From Corticimicrobacter sp. (lineage in GTDB: Bacteria > Pseudomonadota > Gammaproteobacteria > Burkholderiales > Burkholderiaceae_B), in NCBI RefSeq assembly GCF_040137905.1, contig NZ_JBEFDG010000021.1, positions 16,990 through 40,989 on the forward strand: a stretch of 24,000 nucleotides of DNA, read 5' to 3'. The notes under the pieces are model-generated. The model ran no database searches. It was not told the DNA's origin and saw only the letters and a program-made list of their open reading frames with translations. Made by a program: the position numbers and the translations under genes. Positions 7,804 through 15,721 of the stretch are shown piece by piece. Position 1 is the stretch's first letter. Each line of letters begins with the position of its first letter.

Positions 7804-8466
7804 ATGCATGCGTACCGCACACGTCAATATGATGTCTGCCTTTTACTGGCCGCACCCGATGCACCCAGAATCTGGGAATATGCCGTCTGGCAGCGTCTCG
7901 TGCCCGCACTGACGCCATTGCTGTCCTCCGATCGGGGCCGTACCTCGGTTCGCATGACGCAATTCGACCAGACGCAAACCGGCTCGCCCAACCAGACCTA
8001 TGTCCGGTTTGGGCAGATCGGCTGGAACGAAAAATCCCATCGCCGCTGGACGCACGCCTCTCCCGATACCGAGGCAGTGTCTCGAGCATGGGAGTTTTGT
8101 GGTGCGGCTGGATGGGCTCCTGGGCCGAGCAAATGCAGCGAATGCCCCCCGGATGGTTTCCTGGCCGTGCGCAATGCACTGGATGATGGACAGGCTCCGG
8201 GTGATTGCCGGTTTGCCTATTCAGTGCTGCTGGCGGCGGCCATCGATCGGCCCGATGCCACACAGTCGCTGAACGGAGCCATTGCGGCACTTGGTATCAC
8301 GATTCCCCATGTCCTGCTGGCCGGCACCCGGCGGACCTGGTCGGAAGGAGGCATGTCACTGACCGACTGCGACACCTTTGGCGCGCCCTTCAAGCCAGGG
8401 CCGAAGCACTCGGCAGCGCCGACCCTCGATATGCTCGAAGGCAACTGGCAGGCCCTGACGGTTTGA
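7804..8466 (+). CDS. Hypothetical protein, 220 aa, no recognised domain
   Basis: It is the only non-shadow ORF across this span; the antisense 7685..8290 ORF is Arg-rich junk. Soluble-looking, with several Cys (FCGAAGW, KCSECPPDG, GDCRF, TDCDTF). No SD before ATG 7804, so the start is uncertain. Codons end in A/T more often than in neighbouring genes. Confidence 0.6.
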   Translation: MHAYRTRQYDVCLLLAAPDAPRIWEYAVWQRLVPALTPLLSSDRGRTSVRMTQFDQTQTGSPNQTYVRFGQIGWNEKSHRRWTHASPDTEAVSRAWEFCGAAGWAPGPSKCSECPPDGFLAVRNALDDGQAPGDCRFAYSVLLAAAIDRPDATQSLNGAIAALGITIPHVLLAGTRRTWSEGGMSLTDCDTFGAPFKPGPKHSAAPTLDMLEGNWQALTV

Positions 8467-8475
8467 CGATGCGGC

Positions 8476-9462
8476 TCAATCCAGCTCCAGCACGGCGGCA
8501 GGATCGATCTGCAACAGTACGCTCGAGCCTGCAGGCAGCAGGTCGGCACTGCTGCGGTTGAGCGCATCGACCTGCAGCGTCACGCCCCGCGCCTCGACCT
8601 GGTAGCGCACCACGTTGCCCAGCAGGCTGCGCTGGCGCACCATGCCCTCGATGCCTGCATCGGCAAAGCGGATGGTTTCGGGCCGGATGGCGGCCGCGCG
8701 GGTGCGGATCTCGCCCAGCAGCCGGCTGGCGGCATCCGGATCCAGCAGGTTGTAGTGACCGATGAAGCCGGCGGCAAAGGTATTGACCGGTGCGGTATAA
8801 AGCGTTTCGGCATCGGCGTTCTGCACGATGCTGCCCTTGTCCATCAGCAGGATGCGGTCCGACAGGGCCAGGGCCTCTTCCTGGTCGTGCGTGACGAAGA
8901 TCGTGGTCAGTTGCAGCTCGCGCTGGATGCGCCGGATCTGCTCGCGTAGATGACGTCGGATGCGGGCATCCAGTGCCGACAGGGGCTCATCCAGCAGCAA
9001 GAGGCGCGGGCGGGTGACCAGTGAACGTGCCAGTGCCACACGCTGGCATTGTCCGCCCGACAACTGACGGGGGTAGCGGTCGGCATAGTCTTGCAACTCG
9101 ACCAGTGCCAGCATTTCTCCGACGCGCCGGGTGGTTTCATGTGCGGGCGTCTGTTGCATGCGCAGCCCGAACGCGACGTTCTGCGCGACCGTCATGTTCG
9201 GAAACAGCGCATAGTGCTGGAAGACCATGCCGATATGTCGTTGCTGTGGCGGCAGGTGTGTGATGTTTTCGCCGTCCAGCATGATCCGGCCCCGGTCCAC
9301 TTCAGCCAGGCCGGCGATGCAGCGCAGCAGCGTGGACTTGCCGCAGCCGGAGGGGCCCAGCAGGGTGATGAATTCTCCCTGTGCGATGCGGCATTCGATT
9401 TGGCTGAATACCGGGGTGGCACCGTAGCGCTTGTCCAGGTCCTGCAGCAGCAGATAACTCAT
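8476..9462 (-). CDS. ABC importer ATP-binding protein (PotA/FbpC-like, with C-terminal TOBE-like extension)
   Basis: Walker A GPSGCGKSTLL, Q-loop, signature LSGGQCQRVALARSL, Walker B LLLLDEPLSALD, H-loop FVTHDQ. 328 aa. ATGA overlap with the upstream permease (9459-9462). Confidence 0.92.
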   Translation of the reverse strand: MSYLLLQDLDKRYGATPVFSQIECRIAQGEFITLLGPSGCGKSTLLRCIAGLAEVDRGRIMLDGENITHLPPQQRHIGMVFQHYALFPNMTVAQNVAFGLRMQQTPAHETTRRVGEMLALVELQDYADRYPRQLSGGQCQRVALARSLVTRPRLLLLDEPLSALDARIRRHLREQIRRIQRELQLTTIFVTHDQEEALALSDRILLMDKGSIVQNADAETLYTAPVNTFAAGFIGHYNLLDPDAASRLLGEIRTRAAAIRPETIRFADAGIEGMVRQRSLLGNVVRYQVEARGVTLQVDALNRSSADLLPAGSSVLLQIDPAAVLELD

Positions 9463-10319
9463 ACCGTGTCCTTGTTCAGTCTGCGGGCAGCCCAGGTGAC
9501 CAGCACCACGAAAGCGAAATATGAAATCACCAGCGCGCTGGTGAAGTGACCGCTGTCGTTGCGCATGTTGTACAGATAGACCTGCAGGGTTTCGTAGCGG
9601 CTGCCTGCCAGCAGATTGGCGAAGACGAACTCACCGAACAGGAAACTGAACGACAGGAAGACCGAAATCATCAGTCCGGTGCGCAGGTTGGGCAGTACCA
9701 CCAGCCAGGCGGCGCGCCAGGTGCTGGCACCCAGCAGGTGCGCGGCATCGAGCAGGTCCTGCAATTGGATGGCCTGCAGACTGTTGCTCAGTGTGCGGTA
9801 GATAAAGGGCAGGGCAATGGTGAAAAAGCAGCCGATCAGTATCCAGGGCGTGCCGGCCAGCGGCAGTGGTCCGCCCGAAAAAAGCTGCATCAACCCGACC
9901 GATGACACCACGGGTGGAATGGCAAAGGGCAGCAGGATCAGGATGTTCATCCAGCGGTCCAGTCGTGGAAAGTGGCTGTGGATCGCCAGCATCAGTGGCA
10001 GGATCAGGCACAGCGACACCGCCAGTGCGCCCAGGCAGACCAGCAGTGACCGGCCGAACGCAGCCAGGAACCGGGTGTCGGACCACAGGGCGATATACCA
10101 CTTGAAAGTCAGCCCGCTGGGCAGGATGGTGGCGGACCAGGACGTCGAGAGCGAATACAGCAAGGTGCCCAGCACCGGCAGCATCAGCATGGTCAGCAGC
10201 ATCAGCACGATGATGCGGTGCAGCCAGGGGACGGACGGGCGCAGCGGGCGGGTGCGGGACAGATCCGGGCGGGCCGGTGGTGCAGATGCCCCTGCGGACG
10301 GATGTTCAATGGATGGCAT
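9459..10319 (-). CDS. ABC importer permease (PotC-like, BPD_transp_1)
   Basis: 286 aa, about six hydrophobic segments, typical binding-protein-dependent permease layout. 14-nt overlap with the upstream permease. Confidence 0.88.
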   Translation of the reverse strand: MPSIEHPSAGASAPPARPDLSRTRPLRPSVPWLHRIIVLMLLTMLMLPVLGTLLYSLSTSWSATILPSGLTFKWYIALWSDTRFLAAFGRSLLVCLGALAVSLCLILPLMLAIHSHFPRLDRWMNILILLPFAIPPVVSSVGLMQLFSGGPLPLAGTPWILIGCFFTIALPFIYRTLSNSLQAIQLQDLLDAAHLLGASTWRAAWLVVLPNLRTGLMISVFLSFSFLFGEFVFANLLAGSRYETLQVYLYNMRNDSGHFTSALVISYFAFVVLVTWAARRLNKDTV

Positions 10320-11151
10320 GGTGGCTCCTGCGCAGCAGCCACTGGTGCACCAGCGTGATCAGCGCCATCAGGCCGACCAGGCACAGCGCCAGCGCACTGG
10401 CCATGTTGGGATCAAGGAACAGGTCGCCGGCCACCAGCGAGGCGATGCGGATCGGCAGGATGTTGAAATTGCCTGTGGTCAGCGCATACACCGTGGCGTA
10501 GGCGCCCAGCGCGTTGGCCAGCAGGATCACGAAGGTTCCCAGTAGCGCCGGTGCCAGCACGGGCAGGCCGATGTGGCGCCAGTATTGCCACGGGCCGGCC
10601 CCCAACAGGGCGGCCGACTCGTGCCAGTCTTCGCGCAGGGCGTCGAAGGCCGGGTACAGCAGCAGGATGCCCAGCGGGATCTGGAAATAGGTATAGAGCA
10701 CGATCAGGCCGGTCTTGGAGTAGAGGTTGAAATCCTCTATCCAGCCCCACTGCTTGAGCAGCAGCGTCAGTGCACCATTGAAACCCAGCAGGATGATGAA
10801 GGCGAAGGCCAGCGGCACGCCGGTGAAATTGCTGGCCATGTTCGACAGCGACAGCACGGCGTCGCGCAGGCGGCCCCCCGAGCGGCGCAGTGAATGGCAG
10901 CCCTGCAGGGCAATCAGCAGCCCGATCAGGCTGGACCAGAAGGCGATTTCCAGGCTGTGCCGGATCGCCTGCCGGTAGAAGGCCGAGGCCAGTATCTCGC
11001 GGAAATTGTCCAGCCCCCAGCCCTGTGGGCCGGCAAAGCCGTGCAGCACGACCCAGGCCAGCGGTGCGAGCTGGAACACGGCAAAGAAAAGACCAAAGGG
11101 CAGTATGCAGAGAACTGCCCAGCCCTTGCCGGAAAGTGCCGGTTTTTTCAT
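10306..11151 (-). CDS. ABC importer permease (PotB-like, BPD_transp_1)
   Basis: The ORF-track ORF runs to 11181. I prefer ATG 11151 (MKKPALSGKGWAVLCILPF...), which forms an ATGA overlap with the SBP stop (11148-11151). Multi-TM permease. Confidence 0.88.
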   Translation of the reverse strand: MKKPALSGKGWAVLCILPFGLFFAVFQLAPLAWVVLHGFAGPQGWGLDNFREILASAFYRQAIRHSLEIAFWSSLIGLLIALQGCHSLRRSGGRLRDAVLSLSNMASNFTGVPLAFAFIILLGFNGALTLLLKQWGWIEDFNLYSKTGLIVLYTYFQIPLGILLLYPAFDALREDWHESAALLGAGPWQYWRHIGLPVLAPALLGTFVILLANALGAYATVYALTTGNFNILPIRIASLVAGDLFLDPNMASALALCLVGLMALITLVHQWLLRRSHHAIH

Positions 11152-12200
11152 TTCATGTGCAGGATGACCTGTTCCTGCCACAGTCGCGGCAGGGCCTTGG
11201 AGGTCACTTCCCAGGCGGCGGCATCACGGATCGGCTGGGCCTTGGCGTATTGTTCCTGCGGCAGCAGCCTGGCCTGCACATCGGCGGGCAGGTTCAGGTG
11301 TTCAGCCCGGATCGGACGGGCATGTCCCTTGGCCAGGTTGATCTGGCCGGCATCGGAGAGGATGTACTCGCGTGTCAGCTTGGCAGCATTGGGATGCCTG
11401 GCCCACTTGTTGATGATCGTGGTATAGCCGGAGGTGATGGAGCCATCCGAGGGGATGATGACCTCGAAGCGTTCGCGGTCGATCTGGTCGCGGTAGTTCA
11501 GGCCATTGAAATCCCAGACCACGCCTACTTCGATTTCGCCTTTCTCCAGCGTCTGGATCGTCGGGTTGGCCAGTGACAGGCGGCCCTGGCGCGCCAGGTC
11601 GGCATACAGGTCCAGTGCGGGCTTGACGTCGGACTCATTGCCGCCCAGTGCGACAGCGGCTGCCAGTACGCCGTTGACGGCCTGCGCGGCCTTGCTGACG
11701 TCGCCGGCCGAGACCTTGTAGCTGCCGGTACGCAGATCGGCCCAGCTGCGGGGCGCATTCTGGACCAGTTGTTTGTTGACGATGAAGGCGATGGTGCCGG
11801 TATAGGCCAGCATCCAGTGACCGTCGGCATCCTTGGCCCAGTCCGGAATCTGCGCCCAGGTCGAGGGCTTGAAGGGCTGCGTCACGCCCTGCTGTACCGC
11901 GATCGGGCCGAAGGAGGCACCGACATCGCCGATGTCGGCGGTGGCGTCATCCTTCTCAGCGGCGAACTTGGCGATTTCCTGCGCCGAACTCATGTCGGTA
12001 TCTGTATGTGCCAGACCGTAGAGCTTATTCAGGTCGGCCCAGGTGTCTTTCCAGTTGGCCCAACTGTCGGGCATGCCTACGCTGTTGACCGTGCCTTCGG
12101 CGCGGGCGGCCTGCTCCAGCGCCGGGAGGTTGTCGGCCTGGGCCGTGCAGCTCAGGGCCAGCAGGCCGGCAGTCAGGGTAAAACACATTCCTTGGTTCAT
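11148..12200 (-). CDS. Periplasmic substrate-binding protein, family-1 (PotD/AfuA-like); substrate unknown
   Basis: 350 aa. Signal peptide MNQGMCFTLTAGLLALSCTAQA|DN, AAGGA SD 6 nt upstream. First gene of the SBP-permease-permease-ATPase operon. Confidence 0.88.
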   Translation of the reverse strand: MNQGMCFTLTAGLLALSCTAQADNLPALEQAARAEGTVNSVGMPDSWANWKDTWADLNKLYGLAHTDTDMSSAQEIAKFAAEKDDATADIGDVGASFGPIAVQQGVTQPFKPSTWAQIPDWAKDADGHWMLAYTGTIAFIVNKQLVQNAPRSWADLRTGSYKVSAGDVSKAAQAVNGVLAAAVALGGNESDVKPALDLYADLARQGRLSLANPTIQTLEKGEIEVGVVWDFNGLNYRDQIDRERFEVIIPSDGSITSGYTTIINKWARHPNAAKLTREYILSDAGQINLAKGHARPIRAEHLNLPADVQARLLPQEQYAKAQPIRDAAAWEVTSKALPRLWQEQVILHMK

Positions 12201-12330
12201 CGCAGGTCCTTGTTCGGGAAAGGAGGAGAGGGGCGCGCGATGCGCAAAGGATGCAGTCTATGGGGGCGATATGACAGTTTTGTGATCGGGGATCGGCCCG
12301 GACAGGCCAGACGACGGGGTATGTCCTGCG

Positions 12331-12678
12331 TCAGGCGTGTGTGGCTTCGTAAGCCTGGATGATGGCCAGGAGATGCCCCATGAATGCGCGTTGATCACGG
12401 ATTTCTTCGCCAAAGACCAGTGCCAGGTTTGCGAACAGATCGTCAAAATCGCAGCCCGGTTGCTCAAGGTAAAACCCGGTGATGGCGATGAAGTCCAGTC
12501 GTTCCCTGTCGGAGAAGGCCAGATACTCTGCCTGCAGGAATATGTCGCAAGCGGTCGACAGATCCTGCCTGTCGTTGGGATTGAGCCCCTTGAGCCGGGA
12601 CTCATGGGCATGATCGAAGTAGTTGGCATCGAATATCTTGAGCAGGCTGATCAGCGTGTTAATGTGGTGTGTTTGCAT
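12331..12678 (-). CDS. Hypothetical acidic protein, ~115 aa
   Basis: The ORF-track ORF extends to 12975. The 5' 99 codons cross an AT-rich promoter-like spacer, so I start at ATG 12678 (MQTHHINTLISLLKIFDANYFDHAHESRLKGLNPNDRQDL...). Good coding look, no TM, no motif recognised, no clear SD. Confidence 0.55.
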   Translation of the reverse strand: MQTHHINTLISLLKIFDANYFDHAHESRLKGLNPNDRQDLSTACDIFLQAEYLAFSDRERLDFIAITGFYLEQPGCDFDDLFANLALVFGEEIRDQRAFMGHLLAIIQAYEATHA

Positions 12679-12949
12679 AGGGGTTGCGCTTTTAATATGA
12701 TGTGGTACTATTGTAGGATGTTGCACGGGTGTGCACATATGATTCATTAGAAACGCACCGCCCGTAAACTTGTTCTCCTTCCTTGCCGGATTGCCGTACT
12801 TTCGGCTCCAGTCTCCCGGTAGCCCCTCGCCTGCAGCGAATATCCCTGCAGGCCAGCCGCAGATAGAGTTCAGCCGCATGCGCTTGTGCGCAGTCATTGT
12901 TACCCGTTTTAGCTGATGTCTGGTGTTTGAACCGACATCGAAGGTTTTT

Positions 12950-13198
12950 ATGTATCCATCCATACAGGTCGGCAAGTACCTGGTTTCACCCCTGGTTCGT
13001 CGTGACCATGCCGGGCGCTATATCGCCTCGGTATCGATTCGCAGTGGTCACTCCAGCATGACTCAGGATCGTCTTATGCGGTTCACGCCGTTTTTCGACT
13101 CGGCCGAAGCCGCAGTCCGTTTCGCCAAGACCGAAGCATTCAGTTATATCCGTACCCGTTCGCAGCCTGCTGCGCGCAAGGGCAGGTTGTCGGCATGA
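12950..13198 (+). CDS. Small conserved-looking protein, 82 aa, function unknown; translationally coupled to infA paralogue
   Basis: ATG 12950 is preceded by GAAGG with a 5-nt spacer (the ORF-track GTG at 12923 is less likely). [67 protein letters not shown]... The stop TGA overlaps the infA ATG (ATGA at 13195-13198). Confidence 0.6.
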   Translation: MYPSIQVGKYLVSPLVRRDHAGRYIASVSIRSGHSSMTQDRLMRFTPFFDSAEAAVRFAKTEAFSYIRTRSQPAARKGRLSA

Positions 13199-13455
13199 GC
13201 AAAGAAGAACTGATTGCCATGTCTGGTGTCGTTGACGAAGTTTTGCCCGATTCACGTTTTCGGGTTACGCTCGAGAATGGCCACAAAGTTATTGCCTATA
13301 CCGGTGGCAAGATGCGCAAGCACCATATTCGCATTCTGGCTGGAGATAATGTTTCGCTTGAAATGTCGCCTTACGACTTGACCAAGGGACGCATCACTTT
13401 CAGGCATCTCAATAAAGATCGCGCCGCACCCGCAAAACGGACGTACAGGCGATAA
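13195..13455 (+). CDS. infA: Translation initiation factor IF-1, long paralogue (86 aa, basic C-terminal extension)
   Basis: S1-like IF-1 core: [54 protein letters not shown] (cf. E. coli [54 protein letters not shown]). Extra tail [16 protein letters not shown]. Confidence 0.92.
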   Translation: MSKEELIAMSGVVDEVLPDSRFRVTLENGHKVIAYTGGKMRKHHIRILAGDNVSLEMSPYDLTKGRITFRHLNKDRAAPAKRTYRR

Positions 13456-13552
13456 CCGGCAGCGGACAACGCATGCCATTCGCCCGCAACGGGCACATGG
13501 AAGTTTCCTCTCAGGAAATTTCTTATCATTTTTTTGACCAAGGAAGTATATT

Positions 13553-13762
13553 TTGAAAACAGAAATCGGCATTGTGAAGTGGTTCAACAACGAAAAGGGC
13601 TTTGGTTTCATCATGCCCGAATCCGGTGGCAAGGACCTCTTCGCACATTATTCCGAGATTCAGGGCTCCGGCCACAAGACGCTTGAAGAAAACCAGCGCG
13701 TGTCCTTCGTGGCAGCCGTTGGACAGAAGGGCCCTCAAGCCACGAAGATCGAGATTCTTTGA
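13553..13762 (+). CDS. Cold-shock protein, CspA family (TTG start)
   Basis: [36 protein letters not shown], with RNP1 KGFGFI and an RNP2-like DLFAHY. An in-frame TGA at 13535 excludes any upstream ATG/GTG. AGGAAG SD (13541-13546) lies 6 nt before TTG 13553. The next GTG (13574) would delete beta-strand 1. Confidence 0.92.
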   Translation: MKTEIGIVKWFNNEKGFGFIMPESGGKDLFAHYSEIQGSGHKTLEENQRVSFVAAVGQKGPQATKIEIL

Positions 13763-13820
13763 TATGACTGAGCTGTCGCCTGCCTGATGTGGCGGGTGAC
13801 AGGCGTCAAGGCGTCACGCA

Positions 13821-13853
13821 GCCGGTTCCCGAGGTTCGGGAGCCGGCTTTTTT
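13821..13853 (+). terminator. Rho-independent terminator of the csp transcript
   Basis: GCCGGTTCCCG-aggtt-CGGGAGCCGGC (11-bp stem, one G-U) followed by TTTTTTATTT. It is preceded by a second 12-bp hairpin at 13773-13802 and a tandem 8-mer AGGCGTCA x2 (13801-13816). Confidence 0.7.
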
Positions 13854-13973
13854 ATTTCGAAATCGGGTCTGGACTATGCTTTTCAGCATTCGTGCCGTTA
13901 TTTTTCAACGGGATCCGAATTTTCGTGAAATCCAGGTTTTGCAAGTCCATGGTTACCATGGCAGCGTCATATT

Positions 13974-14387
13974 TTAGGTATCCATATCCACGATCCGTCC
14001 CCGGGCGTCATGTGCAAATACGACCTTGCGTGCTGCATGAAGTTTTTTGTATTGACGTTCGGTCAGGATGAATTTGCGGCATAGCTCTTCCGGGCGCACA
14101 GGTTTGAATGCCCCACGCCGGGCGGCGCGCTCGAAGCGACGCTGGTTGTAGCGTGCCCAACTGAACAGCAGCAGCGCATTGAGCAATCCCGTCGCCAGAT
14201 AGCCGCCCAGGGTGCCGGCGGCAGACCAGTCGGTCAGGTAGAGGCGTGGCAGCGCGCTATCCAGGCCGTCGGACGATACCTTGATCAATCCATGCAGCAA
14301 CAGGTACAGCAGCACCCACCAGGCTGCCAGCGTCAGGGTGAAGTCGATGGCATGCGCCAGTCGATTGCGTTGTGAGGCAATGATCAT
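13974..14387 (-). CDS. pgaD: PNAG biosynthesis protein PgaD
   Basis: 137 aa from ATG 14387 (ATGA overlap with the pgaC stop). Two TM helices ([19 protein letters not shown]; [20 protein letters not shown]) and a basic C-tail. Position as last gene after pgaC. The 305-aa ORF-track version is an upstream read-through into pgaC. Confidence 0.8.
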   Translation of the reverse strand: MIIASQRNRLAHAIDFTLTLAAWWVLLYLLLHGLIKVSSDGLDSALPRLYLTDWSAAGTLGGYLATGLLNALLLFSWARYNQRRFERAARRGAFKPVRPEELCRKFILTERQYKKLHAARKVVFAHDARGRIVDMDT

Positions 14388-15721
14388 TTCCGGTCCATGG
14401 TATCGATGCCACGATCCGGGCTCACCCAGCGCGCACGCGTGCGTCGGAGCCGGAGCATGACCTTGGGGAAGCTGACCAGCGTGGTCAGGAGCGTGATCAT
14501 CCAGTAGGCCAGCGGGTACCAGATAATCCAGAAGAGCGTACGCCCGAGGCGCGGTTCGTAGCGGCGGTCGATCAGCAGACTGATGCCGCACTGGATCAGG
14601 CAGGCCATGGCCAGTACCAGCCCGGTGAAGGCGGGCGGTGCCAGGCTCTCGACGCGCACGTGCGGCGGCAGTTCGACGACCTGGCCCAGCAGCCAGAGCA
14701 GGATCGACAGTGCCAGGGAAAAGGCCCAGAGGACCGACAGACAATACTCCACCATCAGCGGCCACATGCGACGCCAGCGCCAGCGCCAGATGCCGCGCAT
14801 ATTCTTGACGAATACCTCGGCACCGCCCTGGGCCCAGCGCAGGCGCTGCTTCCAGAGTCCGCGCACGGTTTCGGGCATGAGTATCCAGCACAGGGCGCGG
14901 GGTTCATAGAAAATGGCTCCGTGATCCAGTTGCAGTTTCCAGCTGATGTCGATGTCTTCGGTGACCATGTCGGTACTCCAGTAGCCGACCCGCTGCAGGG
15001 CGCGCCGATGGAAGGCTGCGACCACGCCGGAGACGGTGAATACCTGGCCGTAGACCCGCTGGGTGCGCTTGATCAGGCCGATAATCGACGAAAACTCTCC
15101 CACCTGGATACGGCCGATCAGCGTGGAACGGGTGCGCACGCGCGGGTTGCCGGTGACCGCCGCGACCCGCGAGTTCTCGAGCATGGGGGCGACCAGGTAG
15201 GCAGCCGCATCGGGATCCAGCATGGCGTCGCCGTCGATGCAGACCAGATAGTCGCTGCGTGCCGCCAGCGCGCCCATGCGCAATGCCATGGCCTTGCCCT
15301 GGTTCTCGGCCAGGTGGATGACCCGAAGCCGGTCATCCTGCTCCAGCAGGGTATCCAGGATGGCACCGGTGTCGTCGCTGGAACCATCGTTGATGGCGAT
15401 GACCTCGATGTGCGGGTAGCGCTGGGCGAGGGCAGCGGAAAGCGTTTCGATGACATGCCGGCCTTCGTTGTAGCAGGGCACCAGGATCGAAATCAGCGGG
15501 TTGCCGGGCAGTTCGGGAGGCTGGGCCTGGGGGCCGACAGTCCAGTGGCGTTCACGGACCAGCCAGAAGTACAGGCCACCCGATATCCAGATGCCGGACA
15601 TGAACAGCGGATAGAGAAAGACGAAGGCCAGCAGCAGGTCCCCGGTCAGGCTCAGGGCCGCACCGAAGGGCGCGCCCAGCATCAGGACCAGGATCAGCAG
15701 GGCAAGGAGGCGGTCTATCAT
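14384..15721 (-). CDS. pgaC: Poly-beta-1,6-N-acetyl-D-glucosamine synthase PgaC (GT2)
   Basis: GT2 motifs [18 protein letters not shown], processive Q-x-x-RW ([10 protein letters not shown]), and flanking TM helices. Start preferred at ATG 15721 (MIDRLL, ATGA overlap with the pgaB stop) rather than 15736. 445 aa. Confidence 0.93.
   Translation of the reverse strand: MIDRLLALLILVLMLGAPFGAALSLTGDLLLAFVFLYPLFMSGIWISGGLYFWLVRERHWTVGPQAQPPELPGNPLISILVPCYNEGRHVIETLSAALAQRYPHIEVIAINDGSSDDTGAILDTLLEQDDRLRVIHLAENQGKAMALRMGALAARSDYLVCIDGDAMLDPDAAAYLVAPMLENSRVAAVTGNPRVRTRSTLIGRIQVGEFSSIIGLIKRTQRVYGQVFTVSGVVAAFHRRALQRVGYWSTDMVTEDIDISWKLQLDHGAIFYEPRALCWILMPETVRGLWKQRLRWAQGGAEVFVKNMRGIWRWRWRRMWPLMVEYCLSVLWAFSLALSILLWLLGQVVELPPHVRVESLAPPAFTGLVLAMACLIQCGISLLIDRRYEPRLGRTLFWIIWYPLAYWMITLLTTLVSFPKVMLRLRRTRARWVSPDRGIDTMDRK

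Noticed and set aside
13787-14071. Plus-strand ORFs (94 and 62 aa) in the AT-rich tail between the csp terminator and pgaD, and the CCATGG-TTA-CCATGG element at 13947-13961.
   Set aside because: The ORFs start inside the terminator hairpins and run antisense into pgaD, with no RBS. The short palindrome pair is only a 6-bp hairpin without a U-tract. It is noted under the pga finding and not called as a feature.
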